64,000 nt of DNA, from positions 1 through 64,000 of the forward strand of contig CAYMED010000005.1 of the NCBI GenBank assembly GCA_964389655.1, given 5' to 3'. Positions 52,001-60,800 of the stretch are shown piece after piece. Source of the stretch: an uncultured Candidatus Poseidoniales archaeon. Lineage in GTDB: Archaea; Thermoplasmatota; Poseidoniia; Poseidoniales; CAYMED01. Within the stretch, counting starts at the first letter, position 1. Every line of letters starts with the position of its first letter. A model generated the notes under the pieces. That model was not told the DNA's origin and did no database searches. It saw only the letters and a list, made by a program, of their open reading frames with translations. Position numbers and translations under genes: made by a program.

Positions 52001-55000
52001 TTCAATGGAAGTGGGATTTTCTCTGGCCCAATGATAAAGCAAGGCTCCTTTTACTTCGTTGATGCCATGCCAGGTAGATACAATGTTTCAATTGATTTTG
52101 GCCCAAATCAGAGTGCGTTGTTGCCAGAACCTTTGCTCATCACATTGGAGCCAGTAACTGACTTGGCTCTTCAGGTGGGTGCATCAAGGATACACGGGGA
52201 ATTAAGGGATCACCTAAATGACCCTGTATCTCTCAATCTGTCTCTCATATTGGCAGAAAATGAGGCCTTAATCTCGATGGAGGAAACCGATGCCGAAGGT
52301 TTGTATGAATTTTCACCACTTCCGCCAGGAACTTACTGGTTGCGAACTGATACTGATTTAGATGGGTTGTATGAATATAACCAGACCTTCATATTCGATG
52401 CTGAACCAAGTAACGAAACATTTTCCCCTCCCTTCCTTCCAATGATTGACCTTGACCTTACAATTCGGTGGGATAATGGTTCAGGTCTTGTTCCAGTTCC
52501 AGAAGGACATATGATTAATCTCACCTCCCCGGATGGCCAATTTAGCGAAGTCGCCATTGCGAATGAGACGGGTCAAACTAGGCTGGAAATTCCCAAAGTA
52601 GAGGGTGTTTCTTTCTTGGTCGTAGAAACTGCCAATACGGCAGCAGGGCCACAAATACTCACATTTGAAGTGTCGCTTGGCTCGGATCAGACTTTGGTAC
52701 TCGATTATCAGCCAAGTGCTGTTGTTTCAGGTACACTTCGTATTCAGGACCCAGGTCAGCAAACAGGATTCTCTACGCCAAAGGGGGTAGATGTGCATTA
52801 TACATGGGGGAATTATTCCCTTGCCAGTAAGAGTGCAGATGAGGGTGTTTGGTCTCAGTACTTACCCGCTTCAGTTAATGTGAATATTACCGCACAGACT
52901 TTTGGACCCACTGTTGGCGGGATTCGTGTAAATGTTCCTGCGGATGGGTTGACTGGTCAATTGATCAATATGGAGAGTGCAGTTACAGTTACTGGCCAAT
53001 TGATCATGGCAGCAAGCAACGTCTCGTATGATGGCCAACTTCCTGGCTGGCTCTTTGCTGAAATAATGGCGGTCAATCAAGCGACAGATGCTAATGGCCT
53101 AGTTTGGAAAAGCAGCGTCGATGAGATGGGTCAATATCAGTTTGCAATTCCTGATGGAACATATGATGTCTCGGTTTCTGAATCACGTTTAGGTATGGCT
53201 CCGTTTTCATTAACAGTTGTATTTGATGAGAATAGTACTGTGTTCCGAGATATTACCCTTGAACCCGATAACATCACTGTAAACTTGAGCATTTTCTTAG
53301 ACAGTGGCCGAGATGGCGATTTGGCGAATGGTACTCTGCGCCCAACGACCATCATCCTCAACCCATATGGGCGAATGCATGGCAGCATCTTGGAAATCAA
53401 TGCAACTGACATGGTTGATGGTAATGGAACAACACTTGCAAATATTTCCGTATCTCTTGCACCAGGCCTCTATGAGGTATTGCTGGAACCTGAATTGGCT
53501 GAGGACCCAAATGCATCAGATCATCAACAGCGCCCCAACGCTGAAATTTTGATTCCAGTAGAAGTTGATGGGGATGTGAAGCACCACAACATCACATTGG
53601 CACCAGAATGGCTATTTACAGGTGAACTGCAAAGTTTCGCGATTGGTGACTCGGGCGATAATCTAGTGCGTAACACTTCATTCCTGCTTGAACCAGCCAA
53701 TAGTTCAGATGGCCTAACTCCTGTTGATGTCCCAGTCGATGAGAATGGCACGTTTGCGATGTATATCCCTGAAGGTGACTATGTAATCCTAGTTGACGCT
53801 TTTTTGCCAAAGGAAGGAGAAGGTAGGGAATTACTTCGCCAAGCTTTGTCAGTTCAACCAAATAATGGTGTGTCTCGTACTAATTTGACATTAACAACCA
53901 GTCAGCCCGCTACTGTGAATTTGACACTTTGGATGGATGCAGGGAATGGGTCTGCCCTTGCAGCTACTGCGGTCAAAGCAGTCAGCAATTCAGGACTTGG
54001 GAATGTAACTCTTCCTCCCCTAAACTCATCTGGTTTTGCCTCTGCCGAATTGATGCCTGGAAATTGGAGCCTCGAACTGAATGAGACAATTGGGGATCAA
54101 CGCCACATACTTGCAGATTCTGCGCGAGATCTCGGCGTGCTCAATGCAGGGTCGACCAAGATGGTTAATCTTACGTCATCTACTTCTGTGAGAATTGGTG
54201 GAAAGGTATTCTATGATTTAGACGGTGACAACCTATGGGACCAAGATGAAAGTCTAATGGGTGCTGAAGTTCAGATCACGAATTCCACATCATCGGTATC
54301 TCTTAATTCAACCTCTGATGGCACTGGGACGTGGGTTACCTTTGTTCCAGTAGACCTAAATTATTCGATCCATATTTCCATGGACGGATATGATAATTCC
54401 TCATTCAGCCGAAAAATCAATTCGACTCATGACTCCAATGATACTGCTCTCACTGCAGGTGAAGTGCCCATTAATGGCACTGTAAGTTGGGCGCTTAGCG
54501 ATCCATTGCCTATTGATGCAGTTGTCCGTATTCTTCCCGTTATTGGGCAAGATTCCGATAGATCTAGAGAAGTCACTTTGCCACTTGTGAATGGAACGTG
54601 GAATGGGACTTGGGAACAGCTTGTCTCACCAGGTGATTACGTAGTGTATGCTTCAGCAAATCATTCAAGTGAAGTCATTGGATATGTTGGAGTGACCTAC
54701 GTTCATGTTGGTGTCAATGGAACAGATACTGTTTCAGTAACTCTCGATGTCGGAGCACTTCTGAAACTAGATTCAACTTGGACGAATTATGACGGTAATT
54801 CAACTCATCTTGGAGAACTCCCTGCTGAACTTGCTGTGGTTCAGATCAGCATTGATCTAGAAGACGGCCGGAATTGGAATGAAACCATTGATTCGGATGG
54901 AACCGTAGAGTTACTGTTGCCGGTCTCTGGAGTTCAGGCAGATGTTGAATTTTCACTCGTAGAACGCGGTAGGATGATGAATTACAGTGGTGGTCTATTT

Positions 55001-56266
55001 GCCCAATTACCAGATCGTGTAACGATTGAGAGAACCATTGAGGCAAGCCGTATCAGGGACCACAGCGTTGATGTTGACCTGATATATGCAAATGGATCTG
55101 TTGCCGATGCCCTTTCATTGCAATCAGCGCGTGATGTCAATGACCATTATGCCCCTGTGTTAGTACAAGCTCGTGTCTCCTACTTGGGGACTGAGTCTCT
55201 CGATGAGATTCAACTGACGGCTTCAATGGGGGTGGGTACTACGATTCCAACTAGTTGGAACCTGACTTTTTCAGATTCTGAGAATGGCCCTTGGAATCAA
55301 ACAAAGGATCTCACATTGGGCCTTGACTCAGAATCAAGTGCTGTGGTTTGGGTGCGCGTATTGCCTCCTCCCGCGAATGAAAGCACTGCTAAAACAGGAG
55401 GGGATGTTGTGCAGATACGCGCAAACAGTGGGAGTACAACCAAAGAATCGACTTTCAAGATCGAACTAGATCCAAAGCGGGAGGTTGTTGTGCGAATACT
55501 TACTGAAACTCTTTCCCTGGGCCGTGGGAGTTCTGGAGAGGTTGAATTATCGATTGACAACCTCGGAAATGGCGAGGAGAAACTCGAGTTTGAGCTCGTA
55601 GGTAATCCCTTCCCCGCGGCATGGTCCGTACCAACTCCAAGTTCTGCAGTTGTAGATGCACGCATTGAAAACCGCACGCATTTGATTCCAATCAATGCAC
55701 CCATTGATGCGGATGTTACCTATAGCGAGACAATTCAATACCTAATCCGGGGTGAAGATGGAAATGTTAGAGCAGAAGTCTCGTTCAAACTCGATATTGC
55801 GCAGGCCGATGTGCGTATTATTTCAGTACGGCAGGCAAACATTGCTACAGTTGGTGGCTCCATTCTTGTTGACGTCGATGTGGTCAATGATGGTCCAATT
55901 ACGACTTCTGAGATGACGGTCTGGGTCAATGCAACAGATAATTCTAGAAATGCATCTTTACCTTTCCAATTAGAGGGGGGTCAAAACCGCACCCTTTCTC
56001 TTACACTTCCTTCGGGTGATCGAGTTTCTACCTTTGAAATTGATGTAGATCTTGATATTGGGGAGACTGACCATGTTTCAGGTCTGCATTGTGATATCGG
56101 TGTCAAAGATGATCACTGCCAACAAATTCGCCTAACTGTTGATGCAACTCAACTTTCAGAGCCGAGTAATGCATTGCCAATTGTCATCGCTTTAGTGCTT
56201 GCAGCAATTGCAATTGCAATTGTCTTGCAACGCATCCAGAAGTCTCCCAAAGGACCGAGATTCTGA
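46061..56266 (+). CDS. aglB: Giant AglB/STT3 oligosaccharyltransferase with N-terminal extra membrane domain and long Ig/carboxypeptidase-regulatory-like C-terminal array
   Basis: GSDPWY, FDP..YP, ADHD, TIAE, GRF and SWWDYG (49673-49687) STT3 motifs; ~1750 aa of beta-sandwich repeats; C-terminal TM. Confidence 0.9.
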   Translation: MDDHENEIDRSPPVALGFLVPLVAVLLAWMAVEVAGVDSLRMEGIEMNLGVLFAAAAASLVTARMVNLPKNSFFTPVRFSGLLLIGSAIGVWCLVEFTYIIVWVAILCGLLLALGHSALDRGRFEEWTIAIFAISGLIAAAYVGAWSSEYAYLPDSRTDTDEDGLQDWYENSRMEHLDSNLADLSKSGGDTISPFEATHSIRPSEGNWTNLSITIPPVGDDSLGHFAVLIVDDDTVSSEGPIFQSGSAYASLQSGTSSVGRNQNGFSWTGSYNFTETTGLTLALSTASQTGRIEVVLIEMNSGENLADASARGSSLLSVTPKLLDPAFADSNGDGISDASTMLEGNEQAEGSIQMSLGVSENTIVDAKRLITGQLFFAIVFTSIVLGFLVAVLQRGILLPEGSAGWWSFMPQPSGRTPSRAALPLYVALFAGVLGFLLEFISFSLATPVERISQVMPQSVFCADETGFGSLFGVNCGVHFIGSWWPILNFAASLIIAYLWSERMRTRALMGGATWILYTASSWQEMGMWSTPILEGSSGKLLWFGITFITFIAIYLWSTHEKYGQWSPRNERGQASMWLSSHGRTVMLWTAFAVGLAVRIQWNVVPAMNASGTSGWDMTGGSDPWYMKRAIDYVLAQHAHFMFDPDRAYPIGDINPRPPLFGWSIALAATLLGTLTGMDIQSEAVWWALGFMPAFFGALIVFPIYALTKDVFDKNSAIIASWLIALMPGHVSHSTFALADHDAYVLLFLSLAYFCYLRAVKEAGMDRLVKKISWRPQHIIAAFSAVHRERPKAVIWAILAGISMAAVALGWKGFVYGLGILYIAFFLQVAVNLFRRTDSTALSVIMIEMQLVVILISLPFYGHPSLGLLSDPTGFQPLFYIFGFTVVTAFIAVSYRDKPWLLVLGTGIATAMVFLVTLWILLWADISNAWNVLFTGGGYFSKNKIFGTIAEAQAPARGVLFGSFGPFVGIFALFGGFVALWHGLKRRQANMVVISVWTLVSAYMAWTAGRFVFNATPPIAVVGAWSFVVLWGKVGGTDFAKTWRRLGVSTPRARISATRASLRRHPWLGAVSLVFLIIAAQHVSYGVDAGIPRGSSSMQRVDQAFYDIAPDLLRTEFLGLSVMNSQPHEGACDQRGYQPCRYLNSFGPGFNGPSWNKAYDWLAHQDLTHPDANTSEQCTALSGIWHADSAVCEQRFGDRPAFVSWWDYGFQALSQGQHPTVADNFQTGIPSSGNMLLSRGQDDLLALFITRLADGDRQAYDASVDGDCGEALGRCFTRSFNAALDAHFTNTSELEEFKALHAGLTSTIAKNRFLAVKQTAGTVILAEGAEIIGGMPTGNTIWKVYDNRNPIACSQNCRGDAYATEAAALQVFDDRSASRESTQTTTHYIIGDYWYTADTLDEFDSVATSLHRSNARIALMRNFLSNSQTMNQMVDLYANLTKISYSVKDSFGQIGDTLERNHDIRYFAVDNRLYPLGGRYNEDANYHGGQPQGIFHAPTRLAGLDLEHHLATTYETMRGTGGLVDEMTAAEYEETMRTESLAQTSNDQRTTLKDIRVDQDPIFFETMVARTYVGYGATSLGLPDAAQPNPHFQYSSGTPSTALQSAYPLPGAMLNHFVISNWDEVDSSNPYFSKANTGVKVLKYYHGLEINGKVTLDIDGKPGAGGVRLLVERDAFSGEMGDDDQAVYWIPIAAVDAEPDGSFHVRVPAGKIRITAFVGQTDLDTARTSLQTSNVRDMIYDLIDAEGGSARTVNTITGILGGVAGMQWLSQEEIIVLGDEASEPGHHRSVELTVSPSGADGVLSWTGLEEFENIAVEDVNVRLENIDNGFTYNFTTSNGSYDGSRLIVGEGEAEFIDEPGQFDADGIATVNRFTGNLTRTIESGHIYADSGHYSGTGWFNGTIDDDSSSWSSCNSNGTMPENASRCLASPTSVQLRADSVNGTGRFAADSTSTFTKSLVSARYVGSGSFEGVGIANGTGRFNGSGIFSGPMIKQGSFYFVDAMPGRYNVSIDFGPNQSALLPEPLLITLEPVTDLALQVGASRIHGELRDHLNDPVSLNLSLILAENEALISMEETDAEGLYEFSPLPPGTYWLRTDTDLDGLYEYNQTFIFDAEPSNETFSPPFLPMIDLDLTIRWDNGSGLVPVPEGHMINLTSPDGQFSEVAIANETGQTRLEIPKVEGVSFLVVETANTAAGPQILTFEVSLGSDQTLVLDYQPSAVVSGTLRIQDPGQQTGFSTPKGVDVHYTWGNYSLASKSADEGVWSQYLPASVNVNITAQTFGPTVGGIRVNVPADGLTGQLINMESAVTVTGQLIMAASNVSYDGQLPGWLFAEIMAVNQATDANGLVWKSSVDEMGQYQFAIPDGTYDVSVSESRLGMAPFSLTVVFDENSTVFRDITLEPDNITVNLSIFLDSGRDGDLANGTLRPTTIILNPYGRMHGSILEINATDMVDGNGTTLANISVSLAPGLYEVLLEPELAEDPNASDHQQRPNAEILIPVEVDGDVKHHNITLAPEWLFTGELQSFAIGDSGDNLVRNTSFLLEPANSSDGLTPVDVPVDENGTFAMYIPEGDYVILVDAFLPKEGEGRELLRQALSVQPNNGVSRTNLTLTTSQPATVNLTLWMDAGNGSALAATAVKAVSNSGLGNVTLPPLNSSGFASAELMPGNWSLELNETIGDQRHILADSARDLGVLNAGSTKMVNLTSSTSVRIGGKVFYDLDGDNLWDQDESLMGAEVQITNSTSSVSLNSTSDGTGTWVTFVPVDLNYSIHISMDGYDNSSFSRKINSTHDSNDTALTAGEVPINGTVSWALSDPLPIDAVVRILPVIGQDSDRSREVTLPLVNGTWNGTWEQLVSPGDYVVYASANHSSEVIGYVGVTYVHVGVNGTDTVSVTLDVGALLKLDSTWTNYDGNSTHLGELPAELAVVQISIDLEDGRNWNETIDSDGTVELLLPVSGVQADVEFSLVERGRMMNYSGGLFAQLPDRVTIERTIEASRIRDHSVDVDLIYANGSVADALSLQSARDVNDHYAPVLVQARVSYLGTESLDEIQLTASMGVGTTIPTSWNLTFSDSENGPWNQTKDLTLGLDSESSAVVWVRVLPPPANESTAKTGGDVVQIRANSGSTTKESTFKIELDPKREVVVRILTETLSLGRGSSGEVELSIDNLGNGEEKLEFELVGNPFPAAWSVPTPSSAVVDARIENRTHLIPINAPIDADVTYSETIQYLIRGEDGNVRAEVSFKLDIAQADVRIISVRQANIATVGGSILVDVDVVNDGPITTSEMTVWVNATDNSRNASLPFQLEGGQNRTLSLTLPSGDRVSTFEIDVDLDIGETDHVSGLHCDIGVKDDHCQQIRLTVDATQLSEPSNALPIVIALVLAAIAIAIVLQRIQKSPKGPRF

Positions 56267-56290
56267 TGACCTGTCACGTTTTCGACAGGT

Positions 56291-57553
56291 TTGATGAGGG
56301 GACCAATCCGTGGGGTCGAGTACCTTTCTGAGCCAGACCTTCCACAGGCTTACAGCGCCATTGACCCTTTGGCAGATGGGTATGGGAGTAATGATGGGCG
56401 AACGAGCCGCCCATTGTGGCGAGATGGATTAGATAACGTTCGTTCCTCAAGACGCTCTTCGCGAAGGTCAGGGATCAATATTCTCTTCATTACTTGCTTG
56501 GCCCTATTAGGCTGGTCTGCAGCACCCCCTCTTTTTGGAATGTGGGGTGACCTTCTTGAAAGTGAATTAACCGATTCTGATGCACTTGAATGGCCTTTTG
56601 TATCAAGTGGTATCTATGCCTTAGCAGAATCCGAATCGCTGACGGGAAAAGGCGTACGCGTTTGTGTCGTTGATACTGGGATTAATGCAAACCACCCGGA
56701 TTTTTCATCGACAAAGATCGTATTTCGAGATTTCTTGGGCCTTTCTGAAGTACCAATTGATCGTGCAACTTCGACACACGGTACGATGATGGCAGGCCTT
56801 CTTGCAGCAAATGGGACTCTTCGTGGTGCAGCACCCGATGTCACCCTCCTTGTTGCAGTTGCTTTGGGCGATGATGTTGCCTCATCAGGTACGGATGATC
56901 GCGTTTCCCGTGCAATAGAGTGGTGTTGGAAAGAGCAAAATTCTGACATTATTTCGTTGAGCTTAGGTGGGGCTGCTGATGTCAGCAATCCAATGGGTTC
57001 TCGAACAGTGGAACAAGTTGAGATGGCACTAGATCGCGGTGTCTTTGTCGTAGCTGCAGCTGGAAATGATGGTGGAGCGGGTGATGATGGATTTGTGGCT
57101 ACGCCTGCAAATGTGGATGATGTAATTGCAGTTGGCGCCATATCAAGAAATAGTACTTTGTGGGATTTCAGCAGTGCAGGGTCCTCGATTGAAGGAGCGA
57201 GTGGAAAACCTCGGCATGCCCCTGATCAAAAGCCAGAACTCGTAGCCCCAGGTGCTTCCATTATTTCGACTGGTGCAGGCGCCCTATATTTTCAATCATC
57301 GGGTACCTCTGATGCTACGGTATTCGTAACAGGTGCGCTAGCTCTTGTTCTTGAGGCTGAACCAGAACTTCAGAGTTCACATCCTCGCGCAGGAAGGGGA
57401 ACAATAGCACTCGTCAAAGAAGCGCTTAAATCGAGTGCACAGCCAACACCTTACCAAGCAGAAAGTGGGCACGATTTACGCTATGGATATGGTGCACTAG
57501 ATGCCGTAAAATTTCATGCAGAGGTTTCTGCTGCTCTGAATTTAAATTCCTGA
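56291..57553 (+). CDS. S8 subtilisin-like protease, N-terminally anchored, GTSDA variant
   Basis: VVDTGINANHPDF, HGTMMAG, AAAGNDG, KPELVAPG, SGTSDAT, YGYG. Confidence 0.9.
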   Translation: MMRGPIRGVEYLSEPDLPQAYSAIDPLADGYGSNDGRTSRPLWRDGLDNVRSSRRSSRRSGINILFITCLALLGWSAAPPLFGMWGDLLESELTDSDALEWPFVSSGIYALAESESLTGKGVRVCVVDTGINANHPDFSSTKIVFRDFLGLSEVPIDRATSTHGTMMAGLLAANGTLRGAAPDVTLLVAVALGDDVASSGTDDRVSRAIEWCWKEQNSDIISLSLGGAADVSNPMGSRTVEQVEMALDRGVFVVAAAGNDGGAGDDGFVATPANVDDVIAVGAISRNSTLWDFSSAGSSIEGASGKPRHAPDQKPELVAPGASIISTGAGALYFQSSGTSDATVFVTGALALVLEAEPELQSSHPRAGRGTIALVKEALKSSAQPTPYQAESGHDLRYGYGALDAVKFHAEVSAALNLNS

Positions 57554-57804
57554 CTTATCCTCCCAACCGATTCCTTGATTATGTCCGCCTATGTTGCTGA
57601 TTCAGCAGGGTACACGGTCCTTGAATGGATTCTCCTTGCACGTAGCCTTATTTTGGGCTCATTTCCTGATACATTCTGGTGTATTCGATCCCTTTTCCGA
57701 TACTCCTGCTGCATATTGATTCCGCGCCACCAAGCATGGGAGAGCAGCCATCCATTCATCGATTCAGAATTCTTTGGGAATAGGGGCTCGTGGACCAATG
57801 GGCC

Positions 57805-57810
57805 TTATAA
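57805..57810 (+). promoter_or_regulatory. Putative archaeal TATA box for a (near-)leaderless transcript of the 57835 gene
   Basis: TTATAA ends 24 nt before ATG 57835; no SD sequence is present. Confidence 0.45.
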
Positions 57811-57834
57811 TCGAATGCAAAGGGTGCACGCCTG

Positions 57835-60800
57835 ATGATGTCCTCGCGCCCTACCGAGTATCGCTCCCCTCGCAAGACACTTGTGATGTTGAATGTCTTG
57901 ATTTTCAGTGCACTTGCCATTGTGCTTGGTCCTATATCGTCCGTTTCTGCAGCCACAGCGGCAGGTGAGATCACGGGAATGGAGACTTGGTCAGGGACAC
58001 ATACAGTTACTGGTGACATTCTCATCCGGACGGGCGCTCAAGTCACAATTCAACCAGGGACGACAGTTAGCATGGCGAATGGATCAAGCATTACCGTGCA
58101 AGGAAATTTGTGCATTGCGTCTACTTGTGCATCACAACCCGCATCTGCGGGTACATCGCATGTCCGCTTCATTTGGCAAGCGCCTGCAAATCCAGAAGCC
58201 TATGGTGAATGTTATGGTAAAATCCTGAGTAGAGCCGGTACGGCTTCTAAACAAGTATGGTATAGGGACCCAAGTTGCGGTGAGGGCATAATTCTCGAAA
58301 ATTCAATTGATCGTAGCATTTCAATATTTGAGAATGTCACTTTCCAAAATGCATATGGCATTCCTTTTCTGACAAAAGATGGCACAATTCACTCGGCAGC
58401 GCTAGTTCTCTCAGGTCCATCAGTTGACCTTAGAAACATTGAATTCAATCAAATTAACACTTCCAATTTATTGGCAACAGACAACACTGTGGCAAATATA
58501 GTGAATAGCAAATTCAGCGTTGGCGTAGATGAGAATGATGCTGATAGAGGAGCAATAATTGCCTACAATTCTGGCGGTATAACACCTTTCTCGATATCTT
58601 ATTCCTCATTTGAGGGGACTGGTCGCGGATGCGGGCAAGGTTCCAATGCGCGTAGCGTACTTTGGTCGGAATTGAGTTATGTTCAGCTGGTCGGAAATCA
58701 GATTCCAGGTGGGGATTATGGTTTTTCATTCAAGGAAAGTACCGGTATCGTTCGTGAGAATAATTTCCAAGTAACCTGTAATGGGATCGATCTAATGGGC
58801 CAAAAATTACTCAATCAAGTTCCATCTGCCATGGAGATTCGTGAAAACACATTCAATTCTCAACAGGGGTCCCCGGTAACCGCTTATGATAACGCATTTG
58901 CTGTCATTGACAGTAACAAGATGGAAGGTGCAGAACAAGGCTCTGGAGTCCAAGTCAAAAAGTCGATCGTTCGTATTTCAAATAATGTGATTGGCCCAAT
59001 TTCAGGTTTCAACGGCATCTGGGTCTTAGGTCAAAGTGAGGTTGTGATTGACAACAACACGCTCACTGGAATTTCTAAAGAACCCATTCTCCTTAATGAG
59101 TATCAATTTCGCAGCCAAAATGCTCCAGACCCCAAATATGCCTTGATCGAGAATAATGTCATTGATGACGTGCAGGGTACGTGTAGTGGCTCAACATTGA
59201 CTGGTGTAGATGAATATCCATGCCCCGCGATAATGGTATACATGGCAGCAGCAACGATTTTGGACAATACAATCTCAAATACAGTTACTGGGATTGATGT
59301 TCGTGGAGGGATCGTTGACGTTCGAAGGAACAATATTTCCGCCACCGGATCTGCTTTCTTGGTCAGACATTATGATAACAAAGACAGCCGTGTTGCAGGT
59401 GCTTCTCCCAATGACGAATTTGCCGCATTAGGATATTTTGAGAATAATGACCTCTCAAGTCAGGCTCCTTCTCAAGCCTATAATGTGACAAAGTCAAGAG
59501 TGTTGGTGCAGTCTGAGTTCGTGCCAGCAACAATTGGACAGCCAATTCGTCTATCTTGGGAGGGATATGAGAATGAAAATGTATCTTTATGGCCTAGCCT
59601 TCTCCCTTATGTGCCTGCATCTTTCCCGATGGATGTACGAGTGCAAGCAAATGCAACAATTTTCCAATTTGCGGACTTGTCGAATTTTGATATTTCAAAG
59701 ATCCAAGTCAGCGCAGGTAATCCTTCACCTTGGGTAGTTCAGGTGCAGCGGAGCGAATTGGTTAGGATGCAGGTGAAAATTAATGGTATCAAGGTTAATG
59801 ATGCAGCAGTAGCTGTAAAAGATGCCATGGGCATAGAACTATTCAATGTCACTACTGACACATTGGGTTTTACGCCATGGATCTCCTTGCCAAGTGATTT
59901 TCACCTAGATTTCAGGGGAAATGGGGATAATCCAAATCAGCAAGTGGGAGATCCCGGAGAGAATTCTTGCTCAGATGGGTTCGATAATGATGGAGACTTG
60001 GTAATGGATCTGCAAGACCCTGATTGCCAAGGTGGGGCCACTCGAGAACTCTCAAAGTATAATGTATGGGCATATAAATGGGGTGTTGGCCGGCATGATT
60101 CATCATTTACGCTCACAGGATTTAGGGATACAACAATCGATTTGTCCAATCCAGCTCCTTCTTTGAGTGTTGTACAGCAAGATGGAACTTCATTTGCCCG
60201 AGAAATTTCAGTATCTGGTTCAGCTCATGATGGCACACGTAGGACCACGTTCAACCATGACTGCCGCTTACTTCCAGATCGTTGTACAATTGAGCAACAG
60301 GCCTCAATGGGGGGGACTGTTGAACGTGTCGAAGTTCAACTTCCAAATACCAATTCATGGATCGCTCCACGATATGGTGTGGATACATCAGGTGCGCCAT
60401 CTGGAACTGGGCCAGATACTGTCAATCACACTAATCATCCCTACAGTTATTGGTCATTCAACTACGATATGAGTGGTGAGCAAGAAGGTGATTATCTCTT
60501 CAAATTTAGGTCATTTGATGGAAATGACTACGGGGCCGAAGTGGAGAGGGTTTTCAAACTCAATATGGAAGCCCCTACTGTCTATGTGGATACACCTGGT
60601 GATGGTGCAACATTTGTTGCAGGGTCAGGTTCCGGTGGTTCGTCAATTGTTACATTTAGTGGTTCTGCGACAGACCGATACAGTGGTTCATTTGGCGCAA
60701 GTACGGTTGATACGAGTGATATATCTCACATATGGATACGAATTACCCCCCCCACGGGAGCAACAGAGATCGCAAAGACACCAGGCGGCCGCGCTTGGTC

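Noticed and set aside
57554-57800. RNase P RNA on the minus strand
   Set aside because: Only a vague 3'-like segment (AACATAGGCGG); the conserved 5' P4 motif is absent
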